A DNA stretch of 64,000 bases, from NCBI GenBank assembly GCA_963765675.1, contig CAVXXK010000006.1:96001-160000 (forward strand), given 5' to 3'. Source of the stretch: an uncultured delta proteobacterium (GTDB lineage Bacteria > Desulfobacterota > Binatia > Binatales > Binataceae). The notes beneath the pieces are model-generated. The model was not told the DNA's origin. It worked only from the letters and a program-made list of their open reading frames with translations, and ran no database searches. The translations under genes were made by a program, and so were the position numbers. This document shows, in pieces, positions 18,196 to 29,709 of this stretch (the stretch's first letter is position 1; each line of letters starts with the position of its first letter).

Positions 18196-19125
18196 ATGTT
18201 TTCGCTCCGGACCGATGCCCCGCTGATTCACACCTACTCGATCGTCGCGCGCGACCCTGCAACCGGCCAGATGGGGGTCGCGGTGCAGTCGCACTACTTC
18301 TCCGTCGGCACCGTTGTGACGTGGGCCGAGGCCGGTGTCGGCGCGGTCGCGACGCAATCTATCGGAGAGCCGTCGTATGGCGCGCTCGGCCTCGAGCTGA
18401 TGCGCACCGGCAAGAGCGCGCCCGACGCACTGCGCGGACTGCTCGCCGCCGACGATCTGCGCGAGCTTCGGCAAGTCGCGATGGTCGATGCGCACGGCGG
18501 AGTTGCGGCGCATACCGGCGCGCTCGCGATTAAGCCTGCCGGCCATATCGTCGGCGAGCAATTCTCGGTGCAGGCCAATCTGATGCTGCGCGAGACCGTG
18601 TGGCCCGCGATGGCGCGCGTGTTCGCCGATACTCGCGGCGAGCTGGTCGATCGGATGCTCGCGGCGCTGGACGCCGCCGAGGCCGAAGGCGGCGATATCC
18701 GCGGGATGCAGTCCTCGGCGCTCCTGATCGTCGGCGCGCAATCGACCGGCAGGCCGTGGATGGACAGGATCTTCGATCTGCGCGTCGATGACCATCGCGA
18801 GCCGCTGAAAGAGCTCCGCCGCCTGGTCGCGGTGCGCCGCGCGTATCTGCACAAGAGCGCGGCAGACAGGGCGTTTGCTCGCGGCGAGATCGCGCAGGGG
18901 AACTTCGAGTACGAAGCCGCCGAGCGCCTGATCGGAGACAATCCCGAGATGCGCTACTGGCACGCGATTGCGCTCGCGTCAGTGGGGCAGCTCGACGCCG
19001 CCGCGCCGATCCTGCGCGAGCTCTTCGCGCGCGATCCGAATTGGCGCACGCTCACGACGCGCCTTCCGCGCACGATGTTCGCGCTCGACGAGGCCGTGCT
19101 CGCGCGGATTTGCGCGCTCGAATAG
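18196..19125 (+). CDS. DUF1028 (Ntn-hydrolase-like) protein with a C-terminal TPR-like region
   Basis: TYSIVARDPATGQMGVAVQS, GVGAVATQ, GGDIRGMQS, DLRVDDH. Confidence 0.85.
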   Translation: MFSLRTDAPLIHTYSIVARDPATGQMGVAVQSHYFSVGTVVTWAEAGVGAVATQSIGEPSYGALGLELMRTGKSAPDALRGLLAADDLRELRQVAMVDAHGGVAAHTGALAIKPAGHIVGEQFSVQANLMLRETVWPAMARVFADTRGELVDRMLAALDAAEAEGGDIRGMQSSALLIVGAQSTGRPWMDRIFDLRVDDHREPLKELRRLVAVRRAYLHKSAADRAFARGEIAQGNFEYEAAERLIGDNPEMRYWHAIALASVGQLDAAAPILRELFARDPNWRTLTTRLPRTMFALDEAVLARICALE

Positions 19126-19193
19126 CCGCTTGGCCCGCTGCGTGTTCGGCGATACTCTTTGACTGATCGACGTAGCGAGGAGAATCGTCACTT

Positions 19194-20219
19194 ATGCCTC
19201 AAGCCGAGGGTGCGCGCGCGCAGCCTGAAACCGGCGCGCGAGTCGAATACGAACTCCAGCTCTACTACTGGATGAAGCTCATCCGAGCGTTCGAGGAGCG
19301 CGTCTCGCGGCTCCATCGCCAGAACAAAATCATGGGCGGCGTCTATTCGGGCGCGGGTCAGGAGGCGATCTGCACCGGAATCTGCGCGCCGCTCAAGGAC
19401 GGCGATTTCGTCGCGCCGCTGCATCGCGACCTCGGCGTCTTTTTGGTCCGCGGATGCGACCCCGGCCGCCTGATGGCGCAGCTCATGGGCAGGGAGACCG
19501 GGCTCTCGCGCGGCAAGGATTCGTTTCTCCACGGCGGCGACATGGAGCACTGGATTTTCGGATCGACCTCGATGCTGGGATCGTCGCTGCCGGTCGCGGT
19601 CGGCGCGGCGCTCAAGTTCCGGATGAAACACGACAAGAATATCGCGGTCGCGTTTTTCGGCGAAGGCGCATCCTCGCGCGGCGACGTGCACGAGGCGATG
19701 AACTTCGCCGGCGTGCAAAAGCTGCCGGTCCTGTTCGTGTGCGAGAATAATCGCTACGCCTATTCGACCCCGCTCGAAAAGCAGATGGCGATCGAAGACG
19801 TCGCCGATCGCGCGGAAGCCTACGGCTTCAAGGGCCACGTCGTCTCCGGCAACGATCTGCTCGCGGTGCTCGAAGTCAGCGAGCGCGTAATAGGCCAGGT
19901 CCGCGCCGGCGGCGGTCCCGCACTGATCGAGTGCAAGACTTACCGCTATCGCGGCCACAGCGAACACGACGCCGCGCTCTATCGCGATCAGGAAGAGCTG
20001 CTCGAATGGCAGACTCGCGACCCGATTCCGCAGTACGAGCTGTTCCTGGAAAAGAAGGGCCACGACCTAAAGCACATCCGCGAGCAGATGGACGAGCGGA
20101 CGCATCGCGTGGTCCAGGAAGCGGTCGATTTTGCCGAGCAGAGCGCGTTTCCAAAACCTGAAGAAGTACTTGAAGATTTATACGCGCCCAACAACGGCTC
20201 GGCGCCCAAGGGCAAATAG
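19194..20219 (+). CDS. 2-oxoacid dehydrogenase E1 alpha subunit
   Basis: GQEA, TPP motif GEGASSRGDVHEAMN...CENNRYAYST, TYRYRGHS. Confidence 0.92.
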   Translation: MPQAEGARAQPETGARVEYELQLYYWMKLIRAFEERVSRLHRQNKIMGGVYSGAGQEAICTGICAPLKDGDFVAPLHRDLGVFLVRGCDPGRLMAQLMGRETGLSRGKDSFLHGGDMEHWIFGSTSMLGSSLPVAVGAALKFRMKHDKNIAVAFFGEGASSRGDVHEAMNFAGVQKLPVLFVCENNRYAYSTPLEKQMAIEDVADRAEAYGFKGHVVSGNDLLAVLEVSERVIGQVRAGGGPALIECKTYRYRGHSEHDAALYRDQEELLEWQTRDPIPQYELFLEKKGHDLKHIREQMDERTHRVVQEAVDFAEQSAFPKPEEVLEDLYAPNNGSAPKGK

Positions 20220-20221
20220 CC

Positions 20222-21202
20222 ATGGAAATGACCTATATCAAGGCGATCAATTCCGCCCTGATGGAAGAAATGCGCCGCGACGAAAACGTCTTCATGATGG
20301 GCGAGGACGTGGGCGAGCTCGGCGGCGCATTCAAGGCCACCGAAGGATTGCTCGAAGCGTTCGGCGAAGAGCGCGTGATCGACACCCCGATCTCCGAGGC
20401 GCTGATCGTCGGCGCGGGAATCGGCGCCGCGGTGCTCGGGATGCGCCCGGTGCTCGAGATGCAGTTCGCCGATTTCATCTCCTGCGCGTTCGATCAGATC
20501 GTCAACATGGCGGCGACCACACGCTATCGCCATGGCGGCCTGGCGCAGTGCCCGCTCGTGGTGCGGGCGCCCTCGGGCGCCGGAATCCACGGCGCGCTGT
20601 TCCATTCGCAGAATCCCGAAGCGTGGTTCACCCGCGTGCCCGGCTTGAAGGTGGTCGCACCCGCGACGGTGTATGACGCCAAGGGCCTCCTGAAGGCCGC
20701 GATTCGCGACAACAACCCCGTCATCTATTTCGAGCACAAGCGGCTCTACCGCAGTATCAAGGAAGACCTGCCCGACGCGGACTTCACCGTGCCGATCGGT
20801 GTCGCCGAGATTCGCAAGCCCGGCGACGACCTTTCGCTGATCACATACGGCGGCACGCTCGGGCAATCGATTGACGCGGCGAAAATCGTCGAGAAGGAAG
20901 ACGGCCTCGCGGTCGAGGTGCTCGACCTGCGCACTCTCCTGCCGCTCGACCGCGACGCGATCCTCGCGACCGCGCGCAAGACCGGCAAGGTGCTGATCGT
21001 CCATGAGGATCGGCTGACCGGCGGAATCGGCGGAGAAGTCGCCGCGATTATCGGCGAGCATGCGTTCGAGTCGCTCGACGGTCCCGTGCGCCGCCTGGCC
21101 GCGATGGACACGCACGTCGCGTTCAGTCCTCCGCTCGAAGAGGCAATCCTGCCCAATACCAACAAGATCGTCGACGCGATCCGGAGCCTCGCGGCCTACT
21201 GA
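20222..21202 (+). CDS. 2-oxoacid dehydrogenase E1 beta subunit
   Basis: GEDVG, DTPISE, EMQFADF, HSQNPE, DLRTLLPLD. Confidence 0.93.
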   Translation: MEMTYIKAINSALMEEMRRDENVFMMGEDVGELGGAFKATEGLLEAFGEERVIDTPISEALIVGAGIGAAVLGMRPVLEMQFADFISCAFDQIVNMAATTRYRHGGLAQCPLVVRAPSGAGIHGALFHSQNPEAWFTRVPGLKVVAPATVYDAKGLLKAAIRDNNPVIYFEHKRLYRSIKEDLPDADFTVPIGVAEIRKPGDDLSLITYGGTLGQSIDAAKIVEKEDGLAVEVLDLRTLLPLDRDAILATARKTGKVLIVHEDRLTGGIGGEVAAIIGEHAFESLDGPVRRLAAMDTHVAFSPPLEEAILPNTNKIVDAIRSLAAY

Positions 21203-21203
21203 A

Positions 21204-22596
21204 ATGAGTATTGAAGTTACGATGCCCCAGATGGGCGAGAGTATCGTCGAAGGAACGATCCTGAAGTGGCTGGTCAAGGAAGGCGACGTCGTCACCGAAG
21301 ACCAACCGCTATGCGAGATCTCGACCGACAAAGTTGATACTGAAATTCCGTCTCCCGGCGCGGGACGGATCGCGAAAATCGTCGCGCAGGAAGGGCAGAC
21401 GCTTCCCGTCGGCGCGGCGCTCGCGATGATCGACGCTGCCGGCGCGTCCGCTCCAGAAGCCAAAGCGACGGCGGCTCTATCGGCGCCAAAGGCGGTATCG
21501 AAACCCGCGCCCGCGCTGGTTCGTGAGATTCGTCCGACGCCGCCGCCACCGCCTCGTGCGGAACCTGCCGCGCCGGCGTCGAGTGCCGCGGCTCCTTCCG
21601 ATGACGACGGTGAGCATCGCCGCTACTCGCCCGTGGTGATGAAGATGGCGGCGGAGCATCGCATCGACCTCGCGCGCGTGAGCGGCACCGGAATCGGCGG
21701 ACGGGTCAGCAAACGCGACGTGACCCGCTACCTGGATTCCCTGCGCTCCGAGCGGCGCGCAATCGAGCGCCGCCAACGGCGCGGCAACTCCGGCTGCCGC
21801 CCAGACCTCGCCGGCGCAGAAGCCTGTGGTCTCGCAACCGCCCGCGGCGGCGCCCTCGGGTGCCGCGTTTCATCCTCCTGTGTATCAGCCGCGCGAGGGC
21901 GATATCGTCGAGCCGTTCACGCGCCGCCGCAAGCTGATCGCCGAGCACATGGTCTTCTCGAAGACCCATTCTCCGCACGTGCCGACCGTCGCCGAAGTCG
22001 ATATGACGCGAATCTCGCGCTTGCGCGACCAGCACAAGGCCGCGTTCGCCGCGCGCGAGGGTTTCGCGCTCACGATGCTGCCGCTGGTGGCCGCGGCGAC
22101 GGTCCGCGCGCTCAAGGAATTTCCGCGCATCAACGCCTCGGTGGTTGGCGATTCAGTCGTGATCCGGCGCGAGATCAATCTGGGCATCGCGATGGATTCC
22201 GACGAGGGCCTGCTGGTTCCTGTGCTCAAGCGCGCGGAGGGAATGTCGGTGGTAGGAATCGCGCGCGAGATCGCGGCGCTCCAGCGCAAAGTCGCCGACA
22301 AGAAAATCACCCCCGACGATCTCGCCGGCGGCAGCTTCACGCTCTCGAATCCGGGCCGCGAGGGAAATCTCTACGGCTTCGCGATTATCAATCAGCCGCA
22401 AGTAGGAATCCTGCGGATGGGCGAAGTCAAGAAGCGTCCGGTAGTGATCGAAGTGGACGGCGAAGACGCGATCGCGATTCGCGTCATGATGTATCTAGCG
22501 CTCTCCTACGACCACCGCGTAATCGACGGCGTCCTCGGCAACCGCTTCCTCTACCGCACCGCCCGAATAATCGAAGAAGCCGACTTCGAGCTATAA
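21204..22596 (+). CDS. Dihydrolipoamide acyltransferase E2 with an apparent +1 frameshift near 21748
   Basis: Lipoyl domain MPQMGES...STDKVDTE and E3-binding GTGIGGRV in the first frame; catalytic SYDHRVIDG in the next frame. Confidence 0.9.
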
Positions 22597-22661
22597 ATTT
22601 CTCCGCCTGACGCCTCCGGCGCCGGTCTGAAACCCTCTCCCGGCGGGCCGGCGGGAGAGCT

Positions 22662-22913
22662 TTGCATAACCAATCGGAAAAGTGTGCCGATCTGTGAGGG
22701 CGAGATTCCTCGCGAAATCTGCCGCGCCAGTTGATACGTACGCCCCCATCTGCACTGCCTACGCGCGCTCGGAATGACAATTTCTCCTGGCTTTGTGTCA
22801 TTCCGAGCGCGATCAGGCGCCCTGTATGGTTTCGTATGCTTCATGTTGCGCGGCAGAGGTCGCGAGGAATCTCGCCCTTGCGCACCGGTGCACCCGTCCG
22901 ATTGGTTACGCAA
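22662..22913. repeat. 252-bp imperfect palindrome, copy B
   Basis: Colinear with 16873-17124 and the same length; central GCTCGGAATGACAATTTCTCCTGGCTTxGTGTCATTCCGAGC. Confidence 0.9.
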
Positions 22914-22994
22914 CCCTCTCCCTCCGGGAGAGGGCGACGCGGCGCGGCGATTGCTCTTTTCAGCAATCGCCGTGACGCGTGGGTGAGGGCGGCC
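22914..22994. repeat. CCCTCTCCC/GGGAGAGGG...GGGTGAGGG REP unit of the same family as the imu insertions
   Basis: Its reverse complement aligns with 28523-28603 and with the modules at 5257-5308 and 8237-8288. Confidence 0.85.
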
Positions 22995-23067
22995 TAGCTG
23001 GGTCACCCATCTTTTTTTAACCGCGCGTCGCGGACCGCGCCGAGCTAATCTGGATAGGGTGAACACC

Positions 23068-24064
23068 ATGCGCGCGATGGCGGTAGAACGGCCCGGTCCA
23101 ATCGAATCGACGCCCCTGATCCAGATCGATGCGCCGATCCCCGAACCCGCCGAGCGGCGAGATCCGCGTGCGCGTCCGCGCCTGCGGCGTGTGCCGCACC
23201 GATCTCCACGTCGCCGAGGGCGACCTCGCGCGCAAGCATCCGCGAATCATCCCCGGACACGAAATCGTCGGCGTGGTCGATAAAAACGGCGCGGGAGCAC
23301 ATCGCTTCGCGATCGGCGATCGCGTCGGAATCGCGTGGCTGCGCCAGACCTGCGGCGCATGCGCCTATTGCCTGCGCGGACGCGAGAATCTTTGCCCGAA
23401 CGCTCTCTTCACCGGATGGGACCGCGACGGCGGATACGCCGAGTACGCGGTCGTGCGCGAGGCGTTCGCCTACGCGATTCCCGCCGCGATCGCCGACCAG
23501 GATGCCGCTCCGCTGCTATGCGCGGGAATAATCGGCTACCGCGCAATCAAGCGCGCCGAGGTCAAGCCCGGCGCGACGGTCGGCCTCTACGGCTTCGGCG
23601 GCTCGGCGCATCTCGCGCTTCAGGTGCTGAGGCATTGGAAGTGCCGCGTGTTCGTGATGTCGCGCGGCGGAGTGCATCGCGATCTCGCCAAGTCGCTCGG
23701 CGCGGAATGGATCGGCGGCGCCGACGAACGTCCGCCCGCGCCGCTCGACGCCGCGATCCTCTTCGCTCCGGCAGGAAACCTCGTTGCGCCTGCGCTCGCG
23801 GCGCTCGACCGCGGCGGCATCCTCGCAATCGCGGGAATCTACCTGAGTCCGATTCCCGAGCTCGATTACAACCTGCTGTTTCAGGAGCGCGAGCTTCGCA
23901 GCGTCACCGCGAACACCCGCGCCGACGGCGAAGAGTTCCTGAAAATCGCCGGCGAGATTCCGATTCGCACCAGCACAATTCCCTTCGACCTCACCGAAGC
24001 AACCCGCGCCCTGACGATGCTCAAGCACGACCAGATCAAAGGTGCCGCCGTCCTGAAGATGTGA
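23068..24064 (+). CDS. Zinc-dependent alcohol dehydrogenase with an apparent +1 frameshift near 23140-23148
   Basis: [23 protein letters not shown]...[22 protein letters not shown]; the N-terminal [10 protein letters not shown] is in the preceding frame. Confidence 0.9.
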
Positions 24065-24105
24065 CGCTGCGCGCCTCTGCGCCGAGCCTGCATTGAGGCA
24101 GGCCC

Positions 24106-24170
24106 GGGAACGCCAATCTCCCGAATGGCGTGTGCAGGCACAAACCGCCAATCAGGAGATTGGCGTTCCC
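24106..24170. repeat. Inverted REP-like doublet downstream of the ADH gene
   Basis: GGGAACGCCAATCTCCCGAATGGCG ... CGCCAATCAGGAGATTGGCGTTCCC. Confidence 0.8.
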
Positions 24171-24430
24171 AGGGGGCACAAAATCCGAAAAATTCTGCAC
24201 GGGGTTTTTGACGAGTCGTGCCCTAAATCGGGCCTCTGGCACGCCTAGAAATGCGCATGAAACCCCTGCGGCAGAAGGGGTTGCGCGTTTTCGTCTTGCG
24301 CGGATGCCAGCCTAACACTCGTTCGGGTTTTTGCCAGATTTGTTCATGGCTGAACTGTTCAGCCTTATGCCCAATTCCAGTCCGTGCAAAACTGATCCCA
24401 TGGAAGCATCAGGCGCAGTCAGCAATCCAA

Positions 24431-24536
24431 CCACCAAGACACCAAGACACAAAGACCTGATTCATTTCCGCGCGCCGCGCGCGGAAATGAATCTTCTTCG
24501 TGTTTTAGTGTCTTCCTCTTCCTTGGTGTCTTCGTG
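24431..24536. repeat. Palindrome with CACCAAGACAC / GTGTCTTCGTG arms and a perfect 17-bp central inverted repeat
   Basis: GATTCATTTCCGCGCGC-c-GCGCGCGGAAATGAATC at 24459-24493, flanked by short AAGACAC / GTGTCTT repeats. Confidence 0.8.
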
Positions 24537-24792
24537 TTTAGCCTTTTCTGGCCGCGTAGCACCGTCCGAAAATCGATGACCAAAAAAGCGCATAAAACGA
24601 ACCCAGCGAGCGGAATCCGCCAGTATCCTCAAGGAGAATAATTTTTCGGCGGCGTCAAAAGATACCAAACGAACCCACCGAAATTCGACGGCCGTCGCCG
24701 TTTCAAGGCGCCTCCATGCCCATTTTCAGATTCCGTCCGCAAGATTTGCTTCATCGACGAGCGCCGGAGCATTAGCAATTTTTGAGGTTTTG

Positions 24793-24822
24793 TTGACCCG
24801 CGCGAGCCGCGCTTGCTACGCT
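24793..24822 (+). promoter_or_regulatory. Putative sigma70 promoter of nuoB
   Basis: TTGACC-18 nt-TACGCT with an extended -10 TG, 35 nt upstream of the ATG. Confidence 0.4.
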
Positions 24823-24857
24823 TTGAACGTAGCTTCGAGACAACCGAAGAGGGATAA

Positions 24858-25394
24858 ATGGCGGACATTAAGGCATCGGACCAGAGAAGCCAGGGCGACG
24901 AGATCCTGCTCGCCGATGCGGCGGTCCTGACGCGGCTCGACAAGGCGATCGCGTGGGCGCGCAAGTTTTCGATCTTTCCGTATCCCTTCGCGACCGCGTG
25001 CTGCGCGATGGAGTACATGTCGCTGTCGCTGACCCCCTACGATATCGATCGCTTCGGCGCGTTGCTGCCGCGCTTCACTCCGCGCCAGGCCGACCTGCTG
25101 ATGGTGATCGGCACGGTCACCGTGCGCCAGGGACCGATCCTGCGCCGCGTCTACGACCAGATGGCCGAGCCGAAATGGGTGATGGCGTTCGGCGCGTGCG
25201 CGTCGTCGGGCGGCTTCTATGACAACTACGCGACGATTCCCGGTATCGACAAGATCGTGCCGGTTGACGTCTATGTTCCCGGATGCCCTCCGCGACCCGA
25301 AAGCGTGCTCGACGGCCTGATGGCGTTGCAGCGCAAGATCCAGGGCGAGAAGCAGAAACTGCTCGGCCTGAGCACCAAGCATCAAGCGGCCTGA
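24858..25394 (+). CDS. nuoB: NADH-quinone oxidoreductase subunit B
   Basis: TACCAME, RFTPRQAD, QMAEPKWV, GACASSGG, VDVYVPGCPPRPE. Confidence 0.93.
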   Translation: MADIKASDQRSQGDEILLADAAVLTRLDKAIAWARKFSIFPYPFATACCAMEYMSLSLTPYDIDRFGALLPRFTPRQADLLMVIGTVTVRQGPILRRVYDQMAEPKWVMAFGACASSGGFYDNYATIPGIDKIVPVDVYVPGCPPRPESVLDGLMALQRKIQGEKQKLLGLSTKHQAA

Positions 25395-25421
25395 CCCGCG
25401 CCGCATCCGCGACTTACTCGA

Positions 25422-26792
<1,371 letters not shown>

Positions 26793-26799
26793 CGCGCCG

Positions 26800-28389
26800 A
26801 TGCCGAAGCTCACCATCGATGGCAAGGAAATCGAAGTCGCCGACGGCCTGAATCTGATCAAGGCCGCCGATCAGGCGGGCATCGAGATCCCGCACTACTG
26901 TTATCATCCGGGCTTGAGCGTGCCGGGCAATTGCAGGATGTGCCTGGTCGAAGTCGAAAAAGCTCCCAAGCTCCAGATCGCGTGCAACACCAAGGTCGCT
27001 GACGGGATGGTGGTGCACACCAAGAGCGAGCGCACCAAGACCGCGCAGAAAGCGGTGCTCGAATTCCTGCTGATCAATCATCCGATCGATTGCCCGGTGT
27101 GCGATCAGTCCGGCGAGTGCAAGCTGCAAGACTACTACATGGATTACGACCAGCAGCCGTCGCGCTTTCCGCTCGGCAAGAAGAACAAAAAGGGCAAGGC
27201 GATCGACATCGGCTCCGGCGTGATGCTCGATCAGGAGCGCTGCATCTTATGCTCGCGCTGCACGCGCTTCTTCGACGAGATCACCAAGACGAGCGAACTC
27301 GCGATTTTCCAGCGCGGCGATCAGTGCCAGATAAATCACTGGCCCGACCGCCCGATCAACAACAAGTACGCGACCAACGTGGTCGATATCTGCCCGGTCG
27401 GCGCGCTCACCGAAAAAGAATTCCGCTTCCGCATGCGCGTCTGGTACCTGCATCGCACGCCGAGTGTGTGCGGCGGATGCGAGCGCGGATGCTCGATCGA
27501 CATCTTTCAGAATCGCGGCCGTATCTACCGCTTCAAGCCGCGCCAGAATCCCGACGTCAACAGCTACTGGATGTGCGACGAGGGCCGGCACTCATTTCCC
27601 TCGCTCCAGAGCGAAAGCCGTCTCACCACGCCGCTCTATCAGGACAAGGACCGGCTGGTCGCCGAAACCTGGAGTGAGGCGATGCGCCGCGCTGCGGCGC
27701 GAATCACGGAGATCGGAAAGCAATACGGCGCGAACGCGATCTGCGCGGTGATCGGAGCGCAGGCGACCAATGAAGAGGCCTTCGCGCTGAAGCAACTGAT
27801 CAAGGACACGATCGGATCCGATCGGCTCGCGACACTTAGTTGGTCGCCTCCGGGAGCAAGCGGCGACGACGATCTGCTGATCCGAGCCAACAAGAATCCG
27901 AACACGCGTGGCCTCGCCGCGCTCGGTCTGCCGAGCGACGGACTCGACGCACTCTCGAACGCGGTTGCGTCCGGCGAGCTCAAGATGCTGATCGCGATGC
28001 GCGCGGACCTGGTGAAGCCGCTCGGCGAGGCCGAGTTCATCCGGCGTTTCGGCGCGCTCGACTACCTGCTGGTGCTGGATACCGACGCCAACGAGATCGG
28101 GCAGATGGCGAATCAGCTATGGCCGATCGGCGCGTATCCGGAAATCGACGGCAGCTTCACCAACTTCAAGGGCCGGGTCCAGAAAATCACTTCCGCGTTT
28201 CCGCCGCCCGGACAAGCGCTCTCGGCAATCGAGGCGATCGCGCGCCTGGGCCACGCGCTCGACGGCGTCGAGCGTCCGAAGACCGCCGATGCAGTCTTCG
28301 CCGCGATGGCGCAGCAAGAGCCCGCATTCGCCACAATGGCTCTGGAAGCCCTCGGCCCCCACGGCAAAGACCTCACGCCGCTCACTTAA
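26800..28389 (+). CDS. nuoG: NADH-quinone oxidoreductase subunit G (short form)
   Basis: IPHYCYHP...CRMCLVE...ACNT, NHPIDCPVCDQSGECKLQ, RCILCSRC, DICPVGAL, CGGCERGC. Confidence 0.9.
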   Translation: MPKLTIDGKEIEVADGLNLIKAADQAGIEIPHYCYHPGLSVPGNCRMCLVEVEKAPKLQIACNTKVADGMVVHTKSERTKTAQKAVLEFLLINHPIDCPVCDQSGECKLQDYYMDYDQQPSRFPLGKKNKKGKAIDIGSGVMLDQERCILCSRCTRFFDEITKTSELAIFQRGDQCQINHWPDRPINNKYATNVVDICPVGALTEKEFRFRMRVWYLHRTPSVCGGCERGCSIDIFQNRGRIYRFKPRQNPDVNSYWMCDEGRHSFPSLQSESRLTTPLYQDKDRLVAETWSEAMRRAAARITEIGKQYGANAICAVIGAQATNEEAFALKQLIKDTIGSDRLATLSWSPPGASGDDDLLIRANKNPNTRGLAALGLPSDGLDALSNAVASGELKMLIAMRADLVKPLGEAEFIRRFGALDYLLVLDTDANEIGQMANQLWPIGAYPEIDGSFTNFKGRVQKITSAFPPPGQALSAIEAIARLGHALDGVERPKTADAVFAAMAQQEPAFATMALEALGPHGKDLTPLT

Positions 28390-28413
28390 TTCCTTCGCCT
28401 GCTTTCTGATTCC

Positions 28414-28802
28414 TCGCCCTGAAAGGGAGAGGCCAGGTGAGGGACCTTATTCAGCGCGGCGCACGGCGCCACGCGATTACAAAGAGGAACCTAAGTATCG
28501 CGCAGGATCCGCGATCAAGCACGGCCGCCCTCACCCGCGCGTCACGATGCTTGCGAAAAGAGCGCAAGCATCGCGCCGCGTCGCCCTCTCCCGGAGGGAG
28601 AGGGAATCTCGGGGGACCGGTCATTGCGCCTCTCCCGCCGGGAGAGGTCGCGCGAGGCTTCGCTATGCGAAGCCTCGCGCGGGTGAGGGCGGCCTTGCTC
28701 GATCGGGGATGCTTGCTGAATACGCAATTTCCTTTTTTATCGCGCGACGCTGCGCGCCGCGCTGAATAAGGTCCCTCATCTAACCTCTCCCTTTCAGGGC
28801 GA
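28414..28802. mobile_element. MITE-like nested palindromic element with terminal inverted repeats of about 49 bp; intergenic relative of the imu insertions
   Basis: TCGCCCTGAAAGGGAGAGGCCAGGTGAGGGACCTTATTCAGCGCGGCGC matches the reverse complement of 28754-28802 with 3 mismatches; inner inverted pair GGCCGCCCTCACCCGCGCG / CGCGCGGGTGAGGGCGGCC. Mobility is inferred. Confidence 0.7.
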
Positions 28803-28817
28803 AAGACCGGAGGCGCG

Positions 28818-29573
28818 CTAGCCGTGGCATTGGAAGCGGATATGCGAACTGCCCGACTTGATTCTATCGACGCGGGCGCGGACCTTCGTTGTCAGCGGCA
28901 GATCGGGAAATGCTTTCGCGAATGCTTCGAGGCCGTCGGCAACCTGCTGCTGAGTTCCGCATGCGCAGGTGCCCGCGGATAATTCCGCATCCATGCTGTC
29001 CAGTTCGCCCTGCGCTTCGGTCGCGTAGTCGCCCGGATACTGCGTGCGAAAGACCAACCATCCCCGGTAAAGACCAACGATCAACGGTCCGTCGAATTTC
29101 GTGCATCGTGCGGAGGCGCCTTGCACCGACACGTAGCTTGGAAAATCCGGACTCGAGTCGGGTTCGGTGCGGGCGTAGATGTCAAAAAATGCGCGGTCGG
29201 CTTTGGTGCCTTTGCGCCGTGCGAGATTTTTGAAGAAGTCGGCGCTCGGACGAACGACGTCGGTCTCGCCCCGGACGATCTGCATTCCGGGCATCTTCTT
29301 TTTCAGCGCCGCGAGCTCGTCGGCGCTGAGCGTATCGAGAATCGCCTGGACCTCGGGCGAGGATTTGATCCCGATTTCGAACACCGGCTGCAGGCTTTGC
29401 CGCGAATGCGATTTCATGACCGCATCGAGTGCGCTGGTGTACTGGTCAACCGCCGCCGGAGCTTCCGCGGCGCGCACGCATATCGCGGACATCGCGGATG
29501 CTCCAATCACGATCGCGATGGCGATAGCCAGCGCCGCTCGCCGCGTATGAGAATCAATGGATGAAATGCGCAT
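28818..29573 (-). CDS. Hypothetical exported protein
   Basis: Basic then hydrophobic N-terminus (RRAALAIAIAIVIG...VRA), several Cys residues (CAC); start uncertain. Confidence 0.65.
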   Translation of the reverse strand: MRISSIDSHTRRAALAIAIAIVIGASAMSAICVRAAEAPAAVDQYTSALDAVMKSHSRQSLQPVFEIGIKSSPEVQAILDTLSADELAALKKKMPGMQIVRGETDVVRPSADFFKNLARRKGTKADRAFFDIYARTEPDSSPDFPSYVSVQGASARCTKFDGPLIVGLYRGWLVFRTQYPGDYATEAQGELDSMDAELSAGTCACGTQQQVADGLEAFAKAFPDLPLTTKVRARVDRIKSGSSHIRFQCHG

Positions 29574-29709
29574 CGCTATTCTGGCGCGATTGGTAGCATC
29601 GCGGGCGAGGTACGCGCAACGTCTGGGGAGCGGGCGGCGCGCTCCCGCGAACCGATTCGATCTCGTTTCCGCAGGCCGCGCCGCCACGCTTGGGGAAGGC
29701 TTGAGTCTC

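Noticed and set aside
18103-18963. 604-aa extended LLM ORF
   Set aside because: The N-terminal half is the antisense shadow of the DUF1028 gene; the real start is ATG 18102 with an AGGAGG RBS.
19194-22596. Missing E3 (lpd) in the 2-oxoacid dehydrogenase cluster
   Set aside because: E3 is commonly shared and encoded elsewhere, so this is not unusual.
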